Below, in pieces: positions 17,475-27,300 of a stretch of DNA of 54,960 bases. The stretch is from Candidatus Heimdallarchaeota archaeon. Its GTDB lineage: Archaea > Asgardarchaeota > Heimdallarchaeia > Hodarchaeales > Hodarchaeaceae. Within the stretch, counting starts at the first letter, position 1. Each line of letters starts with the position of its first letter. The translations under genes were made by a program, and so were the position numbers. Location of the stretch: positions 2,624,298 through 2,679,257 of the forward strand of contig CP070760.1 in NCBI GenBank assembly GCA_020348965.1. Direction: 5' to 3'. The notes below the pieces were generated by a model. The model saw nothing but the letters and a program-made list of their open reading frames with translations, was not told the DNA's origin and searched no databases.

Positions 17475-17557
17475 AAGGTTCTACTCCTTTGTTAGATCGA
17501 TACTAAGATAGATATTGATAATTTATTTTCTTTTTATTATTTAATTATATCCACTAT

Positions 17558-18259
17558 TTAAAATTGTTTGTGCCCGAACTCCAAAATATCTAGAATTTGG
17601 GAAACCCCTCTTGGTAAGCTGAATCGCTGGTTGTCCCAATCAGCAATTATGAGACGTCTCCAAGAGGCGAATTGAAGCTGGGAATAAACTTCTTCTTGGG
17701 GTTGTTGAATGTTCTTAGCAATCTCAATGAGTTCTCCATTCGATTTTTTTACAGCTAAAAGAATGTGATAGTATTCCTTAATCGCGTTAAGCACAATTAA
17801 GCCCAAGGCATGCTCAATTTTTTCCCCAGTTCTCGCTGATGTCCCTACTACTGAAATTTTATCCTTATTTTTCCCTAGAACTGCTTCTGCTACTTCCTTG
17901 GGGCTTTTCGCACCTCGAATGTCCTGTTTGTTTGCACAGAGGACAAGAGGAACACCTGGCAGGATATCATAAACTTCTTCCAGGAGTCTTTCAGCCTCTT
18001 CGAAAGAGGCAATATTTACAGAATCAACAATAAAAAGAATCCCATCGGCTCCTTTACTGAGAATTTTTCGGATAACTTCAAATCGTTGGAGCCCCGGTGT
18101 ACCAAATAGGAAGATTTCAACTCCATAAATTTGTGTTCGGCAGTGATCTAAAGCAACAGTTGTTCCGCCATAATCGATAGAGATTGCAGAGTCACTGCAT
18201 ATCATGTGAACAGTTGTTGTTTTGCCAGAATTGTAAGGTCCTAATAAAACTATCTTCAT
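17558..18259 (-). CDS. Small GTPase of the archaeal MglA-like/COG2229 type with a C-terminal extension of about 75 aa
   Basis: GPYNSGKTT, FGTPGLQRF, NKQD, TSARTG. The tail has a helix-rich, winged-helix-like pattern. Confidence 0.7.
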   Translation of the reverse strand: MKIVLLGPYNSGKTTTVHMICSDSAISIDYGGTTVALDHCRTQIYGVEIFLFGTPGLQRFEVIRKILSKGADGILFIVDSVNIASFEEAERLLEEVYDILPGVPLVLCANKQDIRGAKSPKEVAEAVLGKNKDKISVVGTSARTGEKIEHALGLIVLNAIKEYYHILLAVKKSNGELIEIAKNIQQPQEEVYSQLQFASWRRLIIADWDNQRFSLPRGVSQILDILEFGHKQF

Positions 18260-18635
18260 TTTTTTCAGACCTCAATGATTGGAGTTTCTTTTTGGCTGTT
18301 GAAGATTTTAGCCTAGTTGAAACATTGGTTAAGGCAAGAGTTACTTTTATTCTGTTAATCTTTCTGTTTGAGCTGCTAAACACTCATGAGACACTGGTTT
18401 CAAAGGGAGGAATGACCATATTCCATACTTTCGTCACCTTCCTCCTAATTGATCACTTTATAAACATTAGCTTTTATTTTAGCTTTGTCTTTCTGATTCT
18501 CTCCTTTAAGTGTGAATAGAATAAAAGGAGGATTATTCGGGCGAGTACTTTCAAAAGATCTCAGAAAAACAAAAAATTAAAAACTTAACACAAATTCCGC
18601 TCATCCTGAGAACCTAAAATGGAGCTGGAAAAAGA

Positions 18636-19064
18636 ATGGCTAAATATCTCTACCGAAACGTGTGGGAACCTGAAGAAATACGCACAATAATCATGGGCAC
18701 TTTAGTTGTTTCAATTTGTTTCTTATTAGAGCTGCTATTTCTATTCCCAGAACTTGGGATTGAGAAATCTTTTCTTGCATTTCTGTTTTGGGAACTTGAT
18801 CTGGGAGGGTTAGGAATTTTTACCCCTCTTCTCACTATTTTTCATCTAATTGTGTGGGGAATAATGTTTTTTTCTACCCTAATGGTATATACGATGATAC
18901 GAGAGTATACAGGAGGAAGAACGGGATTGCTTGAAATTGCTGGGATAACTCTTTTTTTTGCGGTGTTTTGTTTGATTATGTTTGATGAATGGTTCGCGTT
19001 ATTCTTTCTTGGGGTCGCTGCATTACTGCTAGCTTATTTGTATCTTTCATTGGCTGAAAGATAA
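18636..19064 (+). CDS. Integral membrane protein, unknown function
   Basis: Four predicted hydrophobic helices. No motif recognised. Confidence 0.45.
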   Translation: MAKYLYRNVWEPEEIRTIIMGTLVVSICFLLELLFLFPELGIEKSFLAFLFWELDLGGLGIFTPLLTIFHLIVWGIMFFSTLMVYTMIREYTGGRTGLLEIAGITLFFAVFCLIMFDEWFALFFLGVAALLLAYLYLSLAER

Positions 19065-19067
19065 TTG

Positions 19068-19382
19068 TCAAGATAGAAGAGAGAATAAGAACCTATCAAA
19101 ATCAATAGTATCATTTTCATCGAAAACCACTCCCTCTTTCTCCAACAACTCTTTCTGAAGCTCATAACCCCGATCCCGTGGTAATGAAATTTTTCCTTTG
19201 CTATTAATCACTCTATGCCATGGTAAGTCATCTTTTCGAGAAGAAGAATGTAGAATCCACGCTACCTGACGGGAACCACGCGGATTACCCGCATATGTTG
19301 CAATTTGGCCATAGGTCGCGACTTTGCCTACTGGGATCATTTTAATAATGTTTTTTACCTTCTGAGAAAAGTTTTGACTCAT
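19068..19382 (-). CDS. Alkyltransferase-like (ATL) protein, MGMT DNA-binding domain without the acceptor Cys
   Basis: IPVGKVATYGQIA and NPRGSRQV, with LPWHRVI in place of the PCHRV active site. Trimmed to ATG 19382. Confidence 0.8.
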   Translation of the reverse strand: MSQNFSQKVKNIIKMIPVGKVATYGQIATYAGNPRGSRQVAWILHSSSRKDDLPWHRVINSKGKISLPRDRGYELQKELLEKEGVVFDENDTIDFDRFLFSLLS

Positions 19383-19460
19383 ATATTTTTCCAAGCCTTT
19401 TTTTAAATTCTGAATCGGATTATGAGATTTTCTTATACAATATTAGGACTATCCTCTCTC

Positions 19461-20531
19461 CTAAAGGTCTTCTGGTAGGTAAATAGCGAATTTGCATAAA
19501 TCGTCGCCGTTGAGAATTGACTTGACGATTTCAATTCGCACTGGTTTTCCGATAGTACCTTCCCATTGTCGTCGGTACCACCCAGCACCACAATAACAAA
19601 ATGTTTTAGGAACCCCCTTATCTAGATGGTTACGAACAAGGGGACAGAAACAATATGCCTTTCTCTTTTCAGATTCATTGGTCGCTTCTTCATATTTTTT
19701 GGGGTCACGTGGCATTTTAGATGAATAAATGATATTTCCACTTCTGAAAGGTGGCTTAGGCCAGGCGGGATCCTTTTCCATGAATTCTATTACAGCATCA
19801 ATTGCCTTCAGAGGGTCTTTCGTCTGTTCTTCTATATTCTCATAGATCTTTCTGGCCTTTTCAATGGGTTCACTCGGAAAGACATGAGCGCAGCTCGATA
19901 GGATATCATACTTCTGATCTTCAGTAGCCAACTTATCTAGACTCTCCATTACTCTTCTTAGCCACTGGACTCGTTCATCAAGAGGAGAATCAAGAGAAAG
20001 TTGATTATTCTCTTGCATAATCTCTTGCTTCTTTTCTTCACCGAGAACACGCTCTAAATTTTTGGCAAGTAACTGATTCCAATTATGGATGATGAATTGT
20101 AACTCAACCTTTTTTCCTACTGGATTATTGGAGTCAATAAAGACTTCTCGAGAAAACTCATCAGAAACCACTCCCTGCTCTGTTGCATGGCTATAGAGCT
20201 TTCTGGTGCTCTCCCCAATTTTTTCCACTGTGCCTTCGTGGATCATCGATAAAACTTCAATTTGAGGTAACATTCTGGTCTTAATCTCACCAGTTTCTAC
20301 AGTATGACTTATTGGAAACCCTACCTCAACATCAAATCCTTCTTTTACACTGGATACAAAGTGATAGATACAGAACGCAGGGCCTAAGATGTACTCTTGA
20401 GGAATACTTTGAGATAACTCATTGATGACTGAATGCAATTCTTTTCTGCCTTTAAGATTAAACCGAATGGTAGCAATAAGTGAATTTGGGATTATTTTAT
20501 ACTCAATTCCCTGTTCTTTTAGTATCATCAT
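19461..20531 (-). CDS. GyrI-like ligand-binding domain fused to a Cys-rich C-terminal domain
   Basis: N-terminal about 150 aa show a GyrI/SOUL-like beta-alpha pattern. The C-terminus has CFCP...CYCGAGWY...DLCKF. Confidence 0.55.
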   Translation of the reverse strand: MMILKEQGIEYKIIPNSLIATIRFNLKGRKELHSVINELSQSIPQEYILGPAFCIYHFVSSVKEGFDVEVGFPISHTVETGEIKTRMLPQIEVLSMIHEGTVEKIGESTRKLYSHATEQGVVSDEFSREVFIDSNNPVGKKVELQFIIHNWNQLLAKNLERVLGEEKKQEIMQENNQLSLDSPLDERVQWLRRVMESLDKLATEDQKYDILSSCAHVFPSEPIEKARKIYENIEEQTKDPLKAIDAVIEFMEKDPAWPKPPFRSGNIIYSSKMPRDPKKYEEATNESEKRKAYCFCPLVRNHLDKGVPKTFCYCGAGWYRRQWEGTIGKPVRIEIVKSILNGDDLCKFAIYLPEDL

Positions 20532-20922
20532 TTTCTTCTCTCTGTTAAAGAGTTTGAATACTGGCTCCTTATGATTGTATTGGAAATGAATAGTGTTGTT
20601 TAATCCTAAGCTATTAGAAAATCATATTATTCTACTTGCTTTTAAAATTGTATTTTTCTTCATAAAATAATTTATTGTTGAGGCAAAAATGTAGATTCAT
20701 TGAAAAAAGATTGGCTATTCTTTTAAGGATTCTTTATTCCTTTACTTATACTTTTTTTCGGTAAATCACTGAAAACCCAACAAAACCAAAAAAGCAAAAA
20801 TATATGGATTTGTCACGAAACCTGAATAGGAATCTAATAAGGCGCTATATTTAGAAAATAATATACTACAACAATAAAATCATCTATCGAATAGATTTAC
20901 TAATACTGATTTGATTTTCCAC

Positions 20923-20940
20923 GGATAAATCGATTTATCC
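20923..20940. repeat. Perfect 18-bp palindrome GGATAAATCGATTTATCC
   Basis: Read directly from the sequence. A second inverted repeat ATCTAT-cga-ATAGAT lies at 20882-20896 in the same 637-bp non-coding region. Confidence 0.6.
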
Positions 20941-21168
20941 CAGTTAATCGTCTCTAATTACAACTACATATCCTCTTCCCATACAGGTTAAGTCCATATC
21001 ATATTTTATTAACTGTTCATAGTACCCTGTTCCTTTTAGATGTGTTTTTTTGTTCACTCAACTGTTAGAGATTGATAAGCTTCGGATTCAATCTCCAAGA
21101 GTTTCTTTGGAATCCTTAATACTACTTCTCAGACTGGGACGGTTTCAACATCTAGTTCAGTTTAGTAT

Positions 21169-21558
21169 CTAATCATCATCGAAGTGGTGATCCCAACTGT
21201 GTTTGAGTAATTTTTGAAGGTTTTGGTACCGTGTGACATGTTTTGAGCTTAATAGTAGTGTTTTTGCTTTCTTCAAAGATCCACTGAGATTTTCTGAATA
21301 TAGAAACAGAGGAGATTGATGACGTGAGTGAATAAAGCATAAACAGGTTCTAACTCGATGGACATATTTATGAGAAGTTCTAAAAATTCCTCCTTGATTA
21401 GAGTTATCAAAATAGGAGAGAAATAATCCGATTTCTGCTGCTCCATCTATCCCAAAGATTCGTCTTACTTCAGACGATACAATAAACCATGCGTCTTTCT
21501 CTTGGAGCTGGATGGGAGAAATAAATCGAATGTTGAGGTATCGTGTCCGTTCACTCAT
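21169..21558 (-). CDS. rnp2: RNase P protein component 2 (Pop5/Rpp14)
   Basis: RYLNIRF..., RRIFGIDGAAEIGLFLSYFD..GGIFRTSHKYV pattern. Trimmed to ATG 21558, 4 nt after the Rpp30 stop. Confidence 0.75.
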   Translation of the reverse strand: MSERTRYLNIRFISPIQLQEKDAWFIVSSEVRRIFGIDGAAEIGLFLSYFDNSNQGGIFRTSHKYVHRVRTCLCFIHSRHQSPLFLYSENLSGSLKKAKTLLLSSKHVTRYQNLQKLLKHSWDHHFDDD

Positions 21559-21562
21559 TGGA

Positions 21563-22294
21563 TTATTCTTCCTCCTGTTGTGATGGTAGTGGGACTTTAA
21601 ATACCCCTGGAGCAAGGTAATTCGGAGTTATTTTAATAAGGTTCTGTTGTAATAACCGTTGTGGAATAATGCTTAGAGAGTCAAGTGGTAGGATGGACTC
21701 AGACAATAACATTTGACCCAATGAAGCCAATTCTCGTGGAGAGCGCATCTGATCTGCTCGACTACTTCCTGAGGTGAAAAGAATTGGAACTTTTTTCCGA
21801 ATGGCGTTCTCCAATGCCGCACGAATCTGGCGGATCACTGAAATCTGTTGGTGTTCAGCGAGGGAATATAAGTGTGCCAGTGGAATTTCTAGATGTTTAT
21901 CGAATTTTACCATTAGCTTTGCGATAGATCTGGTCATCAGTTTTCCTGTCTGAAAAACAGGAAATTTCAGAATATCAACCCGATTGTCTTGTGCCGCCCA
22001 AGCAGTGAGTTCAGGGGTCAAACACGTAATCGCAATAATCGGAATTTTTCGTCTTCGTTGTCGTAGAATTGAAATTATTTCTGCTTTCGATTCTTTGGTT
22101 GATCCTATGTCTAGGCGCTCATAGATTCGTAACCGAGAAGAGAACTGTTTACTGACATTCTTCCCTATTTTACTAGGGTTACTAATCCAAATTTCTGAAA
22201 AGCCTAAATGGTAAGCAATATCTAGGCACGTAGATAGCTGTGATTCGGATCGAGAGCTGAGTGAATCAATGAAATGACGAGTCATTTTCTTCAC
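21563..22294 (-). CDS. rnp3: RNase P protein component 3 (Rpp30)
   Basis: IAKLMVKFDKHLEIPLAHLY and FTSGSSRADQMRSPRELASLG resemble archaeal Rpp30 as recalled from Pyrococcus. Conserved L15e-Rpp30-Pop5 gene order. Confidence 0.7.
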   Translation of the reverse strand: MKKMTRHFIDSLSSRSESQLSTCLDIAYHLGFSEIWISNPSKIGKNVSKQFSSRLRIYERLDIGSTKESKAEIISILRQRRRKIPIIAITCLTPELTAWAAQDNRVDILKFPVFQTGKLMTRSIAKLMVKFDKHLEIPLAHLYSLAEHQQISVIRQIRAALENAIRKKVPILFTSGSSRADQMRSPRELASLGQMLLSESILPLDSLSIIPQRLLQQNLIKITPNYLAPGVFKVPLPSQQEEE

Positions 22295-22363
22295 TTCAGG
22301 AGCTTAATTGGAGCTCTATTTGCAAATATCTTACCATTTAACACGATTTTGGTATCAAAGTAG

Positions 22364-22927
22364 TTAGCGATCATAACTGGGCCTGATGTGTTCAGCTCCT
22401 TTCCCACGACGACGTAATCCGCGACTTTTTTGACCAGCTGAAGTCTTACCTCTTGCAACACGTCCTCTGCTGCTTCTGTTGCAGATCCAGTTGATTTTAG
22501 GATCGGAGATGATTTCAGGGGCATAGGGGTCAACCAAGACCACTTCAAACCAACGATGTAAACCATCTTCAAGTACAGGATAACTGTTGAGTACTTCTAG
22601 ATTTGGAAAACGGCGCCAACAGCGTTCCTCAGCAATCCATTGTCTGGATTTTTTGGGAGTGATACGTCTTACCCCCATTCTTCTCGAACGTCTGCCACTT
22701 TTCGGCCGAGATTTCCTTCGTCCACCACGGGGTACACGGACTCTTGCTAGGATATACCCCTTCTTACGACGGTAACCAAGAGCACGAGCCCGGTCAATCC
22801 TCGTTGGATTTTCAATTCGAATAACACTGGGTTCCCGCCTCCATTGGACTAGTCTGGAAATTCTGAGTTGCTTAAATTCTTGATTTCTCTCTTTCCAAAA
22901 TTTGGATACATATTTGTAAGCATTCAT
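22364..22927 (-). CDS. rpl15e: 50S ribosomal protein L15e
   Basis: [12 protein letters not shown]..., [29 protein letters not shown] Shine-Dalgarno upstream. Confidence 0.9.
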   Translation of the reverse strand: MNAYKYVSKFWKERNQEFKQLRISRLVQWRREPSVIRIENPTRIDRARALGYRRKKGYILARVRVPRGGRRKSRPKSGRRSRRMGVRRITPKKSRQWIAEERCWRRFPNLEVLNSYPVLEDGLHRWFEVVLVDPYAPEIISDPKINWICNRSSRGRVARGKTSAGQKSRGLRRRGKGAEHIRPSYDR

Positions 22928-23107
22928 CTATATTACCTCCTATAGGTTCTGCGGAAATGAATTTCTAATTCACTCAGCAACATTCCAACACGGAGATACT
23001 TGAGAAAGACGTTTTCTGTAAGGTATAAAACGGTTGTCAAAAATTGTTAGATTTCTATTCTTGAAAAAAAGGACAGTCAAAACTGGTTCAATCTTACAGA
23101 TCTACTA

Positions 23108-24076
23108 TCAATTCGGAAAATAGGATTTTTTAACAATGAAATCAGGCTGTTGTCCTGTTAAAGCCTTTTTAATCTGCTTAACAATAACTTTTCCAACTCG
23201 TTTTTGAGCTTCAGTTGTTGTGGCTCCAATATGGGGGGAAACATAGATGTTTTCGAGCTCAAATAATTTGTTATTTCTTACAGGTTCGTCAGCAAACACA
23301 TCGAGTGCTGCTCCTGCAATCTTATTTTTTTTCAAGGCATTATAAAGGGCATCTTCGTCAATGATACCTCCTCGGGCACAGTTTATTAGGTAAGCGGTTG
23401 TTTTCATGAGTTCTAACTCTCGTCTGCCAATCAAACCTTGAGTCTCTGCTTTTAGTTTTGTATGAATTGTAACAAAATCCGATACTTGAAGTAGATAATC
23501 AAGATCATCAGTTCTTTCCACTTTCATTTTTTCAGTGACTTCAGGAGGAACGTTAGGAGAGTAAATTAGACATTTCATCCCAAAAACTTTTGCCCTTGTA
23601 ATTACTTCAGTACCAATTTTTCCACAGCCTATACACCCTAATATTTTGTCATGTAATTCTGTACGTCTTAACCATTTTTTCGGATTCTTATTTGACTTAG
23701 TTTCATTTGTTACATTGACTAGACGACAGCTGAGAGCAAGCATGTATGTCAATGTCAGTTCTGCGACAGAAATAACAGAAGATTGTGGCGCGTTTACGAC
23801 TAGAATCCCTCTTTCTGTGGCAGCCTTCACATCAATGTTATCGACCCCAATTCCAGCTCGGCCAATCACTTTTAGCTGGGTGCCTCTTTCTATAGCCTCC
23901 CGTGGAAGCTTGGTAGCACTACGGACAATAATTGCATGGTATTTACCTATTTCATTTAATAATTCGGTTGGAGAGTAGTGTTGTTCCGTTACTTCAAACT
24001 CTTTTTGTAATTCTGCTATTGCAGAAGGTGCTATTGGATCAGTTACCAAAATTTTTATGTTTTGTTCAGAGTTCAT
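23108..24076 (-). CDS. D-isomer-specific 2-hydroxyacid dehydrogenase (3-phosphoglycerate dehydrogenase-like, no ACT domain)
   Basis: GRAGIGVDNID, NAD loop GCIGCGKIG, NCARGG, DVFADEP, SPHIG. Confidence 0.8.
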   Translation of the reverse strand: MNSEQNIKILVTDPIAPSAIAELQKEFEVTEQHYSPTELLNEIGKYHAIIVRSATKLPREAIERGTQLKVIGRAGIGVDNIDVKAATERGILVVNAPQSSVISVAELTLTYMLALSCRLVNVTNETKSNKNPKKWLRRTELHDKILGCIGCGKIGTEVITRAKVFGMKCLIYSPNVPPEVTEKMKVERTDDLDYLLQVSDFVTIHTKLKAETQGLIGRRELELMKTTAYLINCARGGIIDEDALYNALKKNKIAGAALDVFADEPVRNNKLFELENIYVSPHIGATTTEAQKRVGKVIVKQIKKALTGQQPDFIVKKSYFPN

Positions 24077-24312
24077 AATCCTATTTCACCTCAATCTCTA
24101 ATAATCATACCTTTCAAGCTTGTTTGAACTAGAAATCTCAATTTATTGATCTAGAAGTGAAATTGTTAATAAGAATAGAATATCCTACGGATTCTCGGAA
24201 TGACTACTCCACGAAAGAAAAAATCAAAAAAAAATGGAATTCAATTGGCTTGCTGAATCATATAAAAAAACAATTTTATTGCCATGATGGATTCAATTTT
24301 TACCAATTAGAT

Positions 24313-27300
24313 TTAAATGAATTGCTCTTTTTCCTTAGCTCGTCTTATAGAAAGTTCTAGCGCGCTTTTCAAGATTTTTAAAAAAGATATTCCTTTAGAT
24401 GTAATAATGTAGTGCCGATATCGTCCATCATGAAGAACTTGAGGGGTAACATGAAAATCAAGGTAGTTAAGTTTTATTAGTTTTTTTAATTCATCCGAAA
24501 GAGTTGATGCGGGGATATCTAGGGCTTGAGACAACTTAGTAAGATTAGCGTCCTCTGAATACTGGAAAGCTATTTCTATCAATGTTAGTATGGTTCTTCC
24601 TTTTAATTTTGTTTTTAATTCCACACGATAATCATCTGGAAACCACGTAACTAAGCTTGTGGGCATTGTTGGTTCTTCTAAAAGTGGAGTTACCACAGAT
24701 TCAGGCAAAATCGTGGTTTGTATGCTTTCCAGACCAACAATCACTTTATGGTATATCGGCTTTAGGAATTCAATTCTATCTGATTGGAAGTATTCAATGA
24801 AACTCGGGGCTCTAAATTTTGTGTTCACAAGGTAGTATCCTGCTGCTATGGAGCACACAGTCAGTAGAAAAGCCAATATCCACACTCCAATTCCACCTGA
24901 AGGTGAAGAGAGTTGATGAGAGTTGACAATAAGAAATGTCTCTGTAGAAACAGATTTCGTAACGAAACCAACAGAATCAATGGTATGTATTTTGAACGAA
25001 ATATTCGTTCTATCTACGATTGTGGTTGTATCAAATGTATAATTTGTTGAAGTTAACCCCGAGGCAAGCATTGTCCAATTTATTCCCTCTTCTGTTGAGT
25101 AAAAGAGGGAATAAGTAAGGGAATGCCCAAATGTATCGATTGAGGAAGTCCATTGAATGGTCACATTATTTGATAATGTCGAAGAATCGTGTGTTGGGGA
25201 CGTAATGACAGGTGCTAATAGGTGATAGGGATTTGTTAAGGGGGAGGAATCTTGATTCTCCGTCGTACCATCAATGAGATATGTTCCTGTACCCGTCCAA
25301 TCACTCCAATAGTTGTGTGCGAAGACATTATTGGAACCATTATCAACTGCCTGAGAGCCTTCAGCATTATTCCTACTAAAATCATTGAACTGCACGAAGT
25401 TATATTTACTGAGTTCATCGGTAATAATTCCATCTTTTAAATTGTCAAAGATAATATTCTGAGCAATCGTGTTATTCTCTGCTCCCCAGAGGTGAATTCC
25501 ATGTAAATTGGTCTTGAAAACAATATTATTTGAAATTGTCGTATTCTCCGAGGCTTCAAGAGTAATGCCATATAGACTATTATTACCAACTCTATTATTA
25601 CAAACCATGTTGTCATAAGTTAAGTATAGAAAGATATCTCCACGGTTATTATAACCAGTATTATTAATTAGAGTGGTTTTATTGGTGTAGTGATGAAGGT
25701 TAATACCCCATCGGTTATCATGAAGAGTATTATTACTTATAGTTAAATGAGAACAGAAAACAGCTGATACCCCCATATAGGTGTTAGATATAGTCTGGTC
25801 AGCAATGAGTACATTTGTACAATTGAACAAAAAAACCTGGCCAGCTCCTTGCGGAACGGTTCCCCCATTTGTATCTTCCCAATAGATAAATGGTTTCCCA
25901 TTTATGGAGTTATTCGCAACTATTTTTTGTTTATAATTCTTAATGTTTGGACCCACAAAGCCAATTCCCTTATTTGTAAGAGAATTATTTTCGATAGAAT
26001 TATGCTTTGAATCATCAACAAGTATTCCATGTCTGTTATGGTCTACTATTTCAGTAGCGTGAACGGTATTCTTGATTATGATAGTATTACTGGATTTTTC
26101 GACCCAAATCCCATATTTATTGTTATACACACTGTTCTTAATCAGATTGTTATAGCTACTATTCCAAAGCCAGATACCTGCCCAGAAGTTACTGTAAGCT
26201 GTATTATTGATAATAGAATTATTCTCAGATAATGATAGTTCAATCCCATGTATGTTATTATTATAGATATCATTACGTGTAATTGTATTGTTATCACTAT
26301 TACGATTGATCCCTAGATCATCAAATGGACTTAAGGAAATCCCAGTTATCATATTATTGTAGATTGAATTATTGAGAACAGAGTTATTAATAGAACCGAA
26401 AAGATGAATTCCATCATTGGTATTATCAAACACTTCGTTGTTAGTAACTATTGTAGTATTAGCTAATGTTACGCTAATTCCATGCCTACCGTTATTTCTG
26501 ATAATATTATTTGAAACAACCGTATTCTTGGAAACATATATTAGCATTCCATTGTCAAAATTATCGATCACAGTGTTATTGGATATAATAGCGGAGGAAT
26601 TACTCAGACTAATACCACTTGTCCAATAATCCGAGATACCCGACCCCGAGACGTTTCGGCTATTATTGAAACAGGTATTATTGATAATGGTATTGAAAAT
26701 ATCTAGATTGACTTGAGATAGTGAGACGAGAATTCCACTCCCTCCACTATTATAAATGGTATTTGAATAAAGGGTGTTATTATTGGAATCAGCCTCCCCT
26801 ACGCCAATTCCACGTGTACCGTGATTATACACAGTATTATGGGAAAGGATGTTATCACTGGAGGAGAAGAGTAAAATTCCCGTGTACGGGTGATCGTGAA
26901 TGGAGTTATTAGAAATAAAGTTGTTACTAGATTCTCTTAGACCGATTCCATTCCAATCATTCTCATGAATAGAATTATTGAATATTTTGTTATTGTCAGC
27001 ATCCTCAATAGCAATACCACTTCCATTATTACAATAAGCTTGATTCCTAATGATAAAACAATTATTTGAACCTGATTCAATGTTAATTCCCGCTCCACCT
27101 GAATTATAAATGGTATTGGATTCAATTGTATTGTTTTCAGATGCCGAAACCAGAATACCATTCCAGCTATTGTCATAGATCGTATTATTGACAATAGTAC
27201 CATGACTGACATCATCAAAATAGATCCCATTCCCTATAGTTCCTAATCCATTGACAAGACAATTTGCAACATGGAAATGATAAGTCGTGTCACTAATAGA

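Noticed and set aside
18184-18519. 111-aa plus-strand ORF in the GTPase upstream region
   Set aside because: It overlaps the GTPase start antisense. It is Phe/Leu-rich as expected from translating AT-rich intergenic DNA, and has no Shine-Dalgarno sequence or motif.
22291-22572. 93-aa ORF on the minus strand overlapping the 3' half of the L15e gene
   Set aside because: It is in an alternative frame of a highly conserved ribosomal protein gene, has no motif, and its composition simply mirrors L15e codons.
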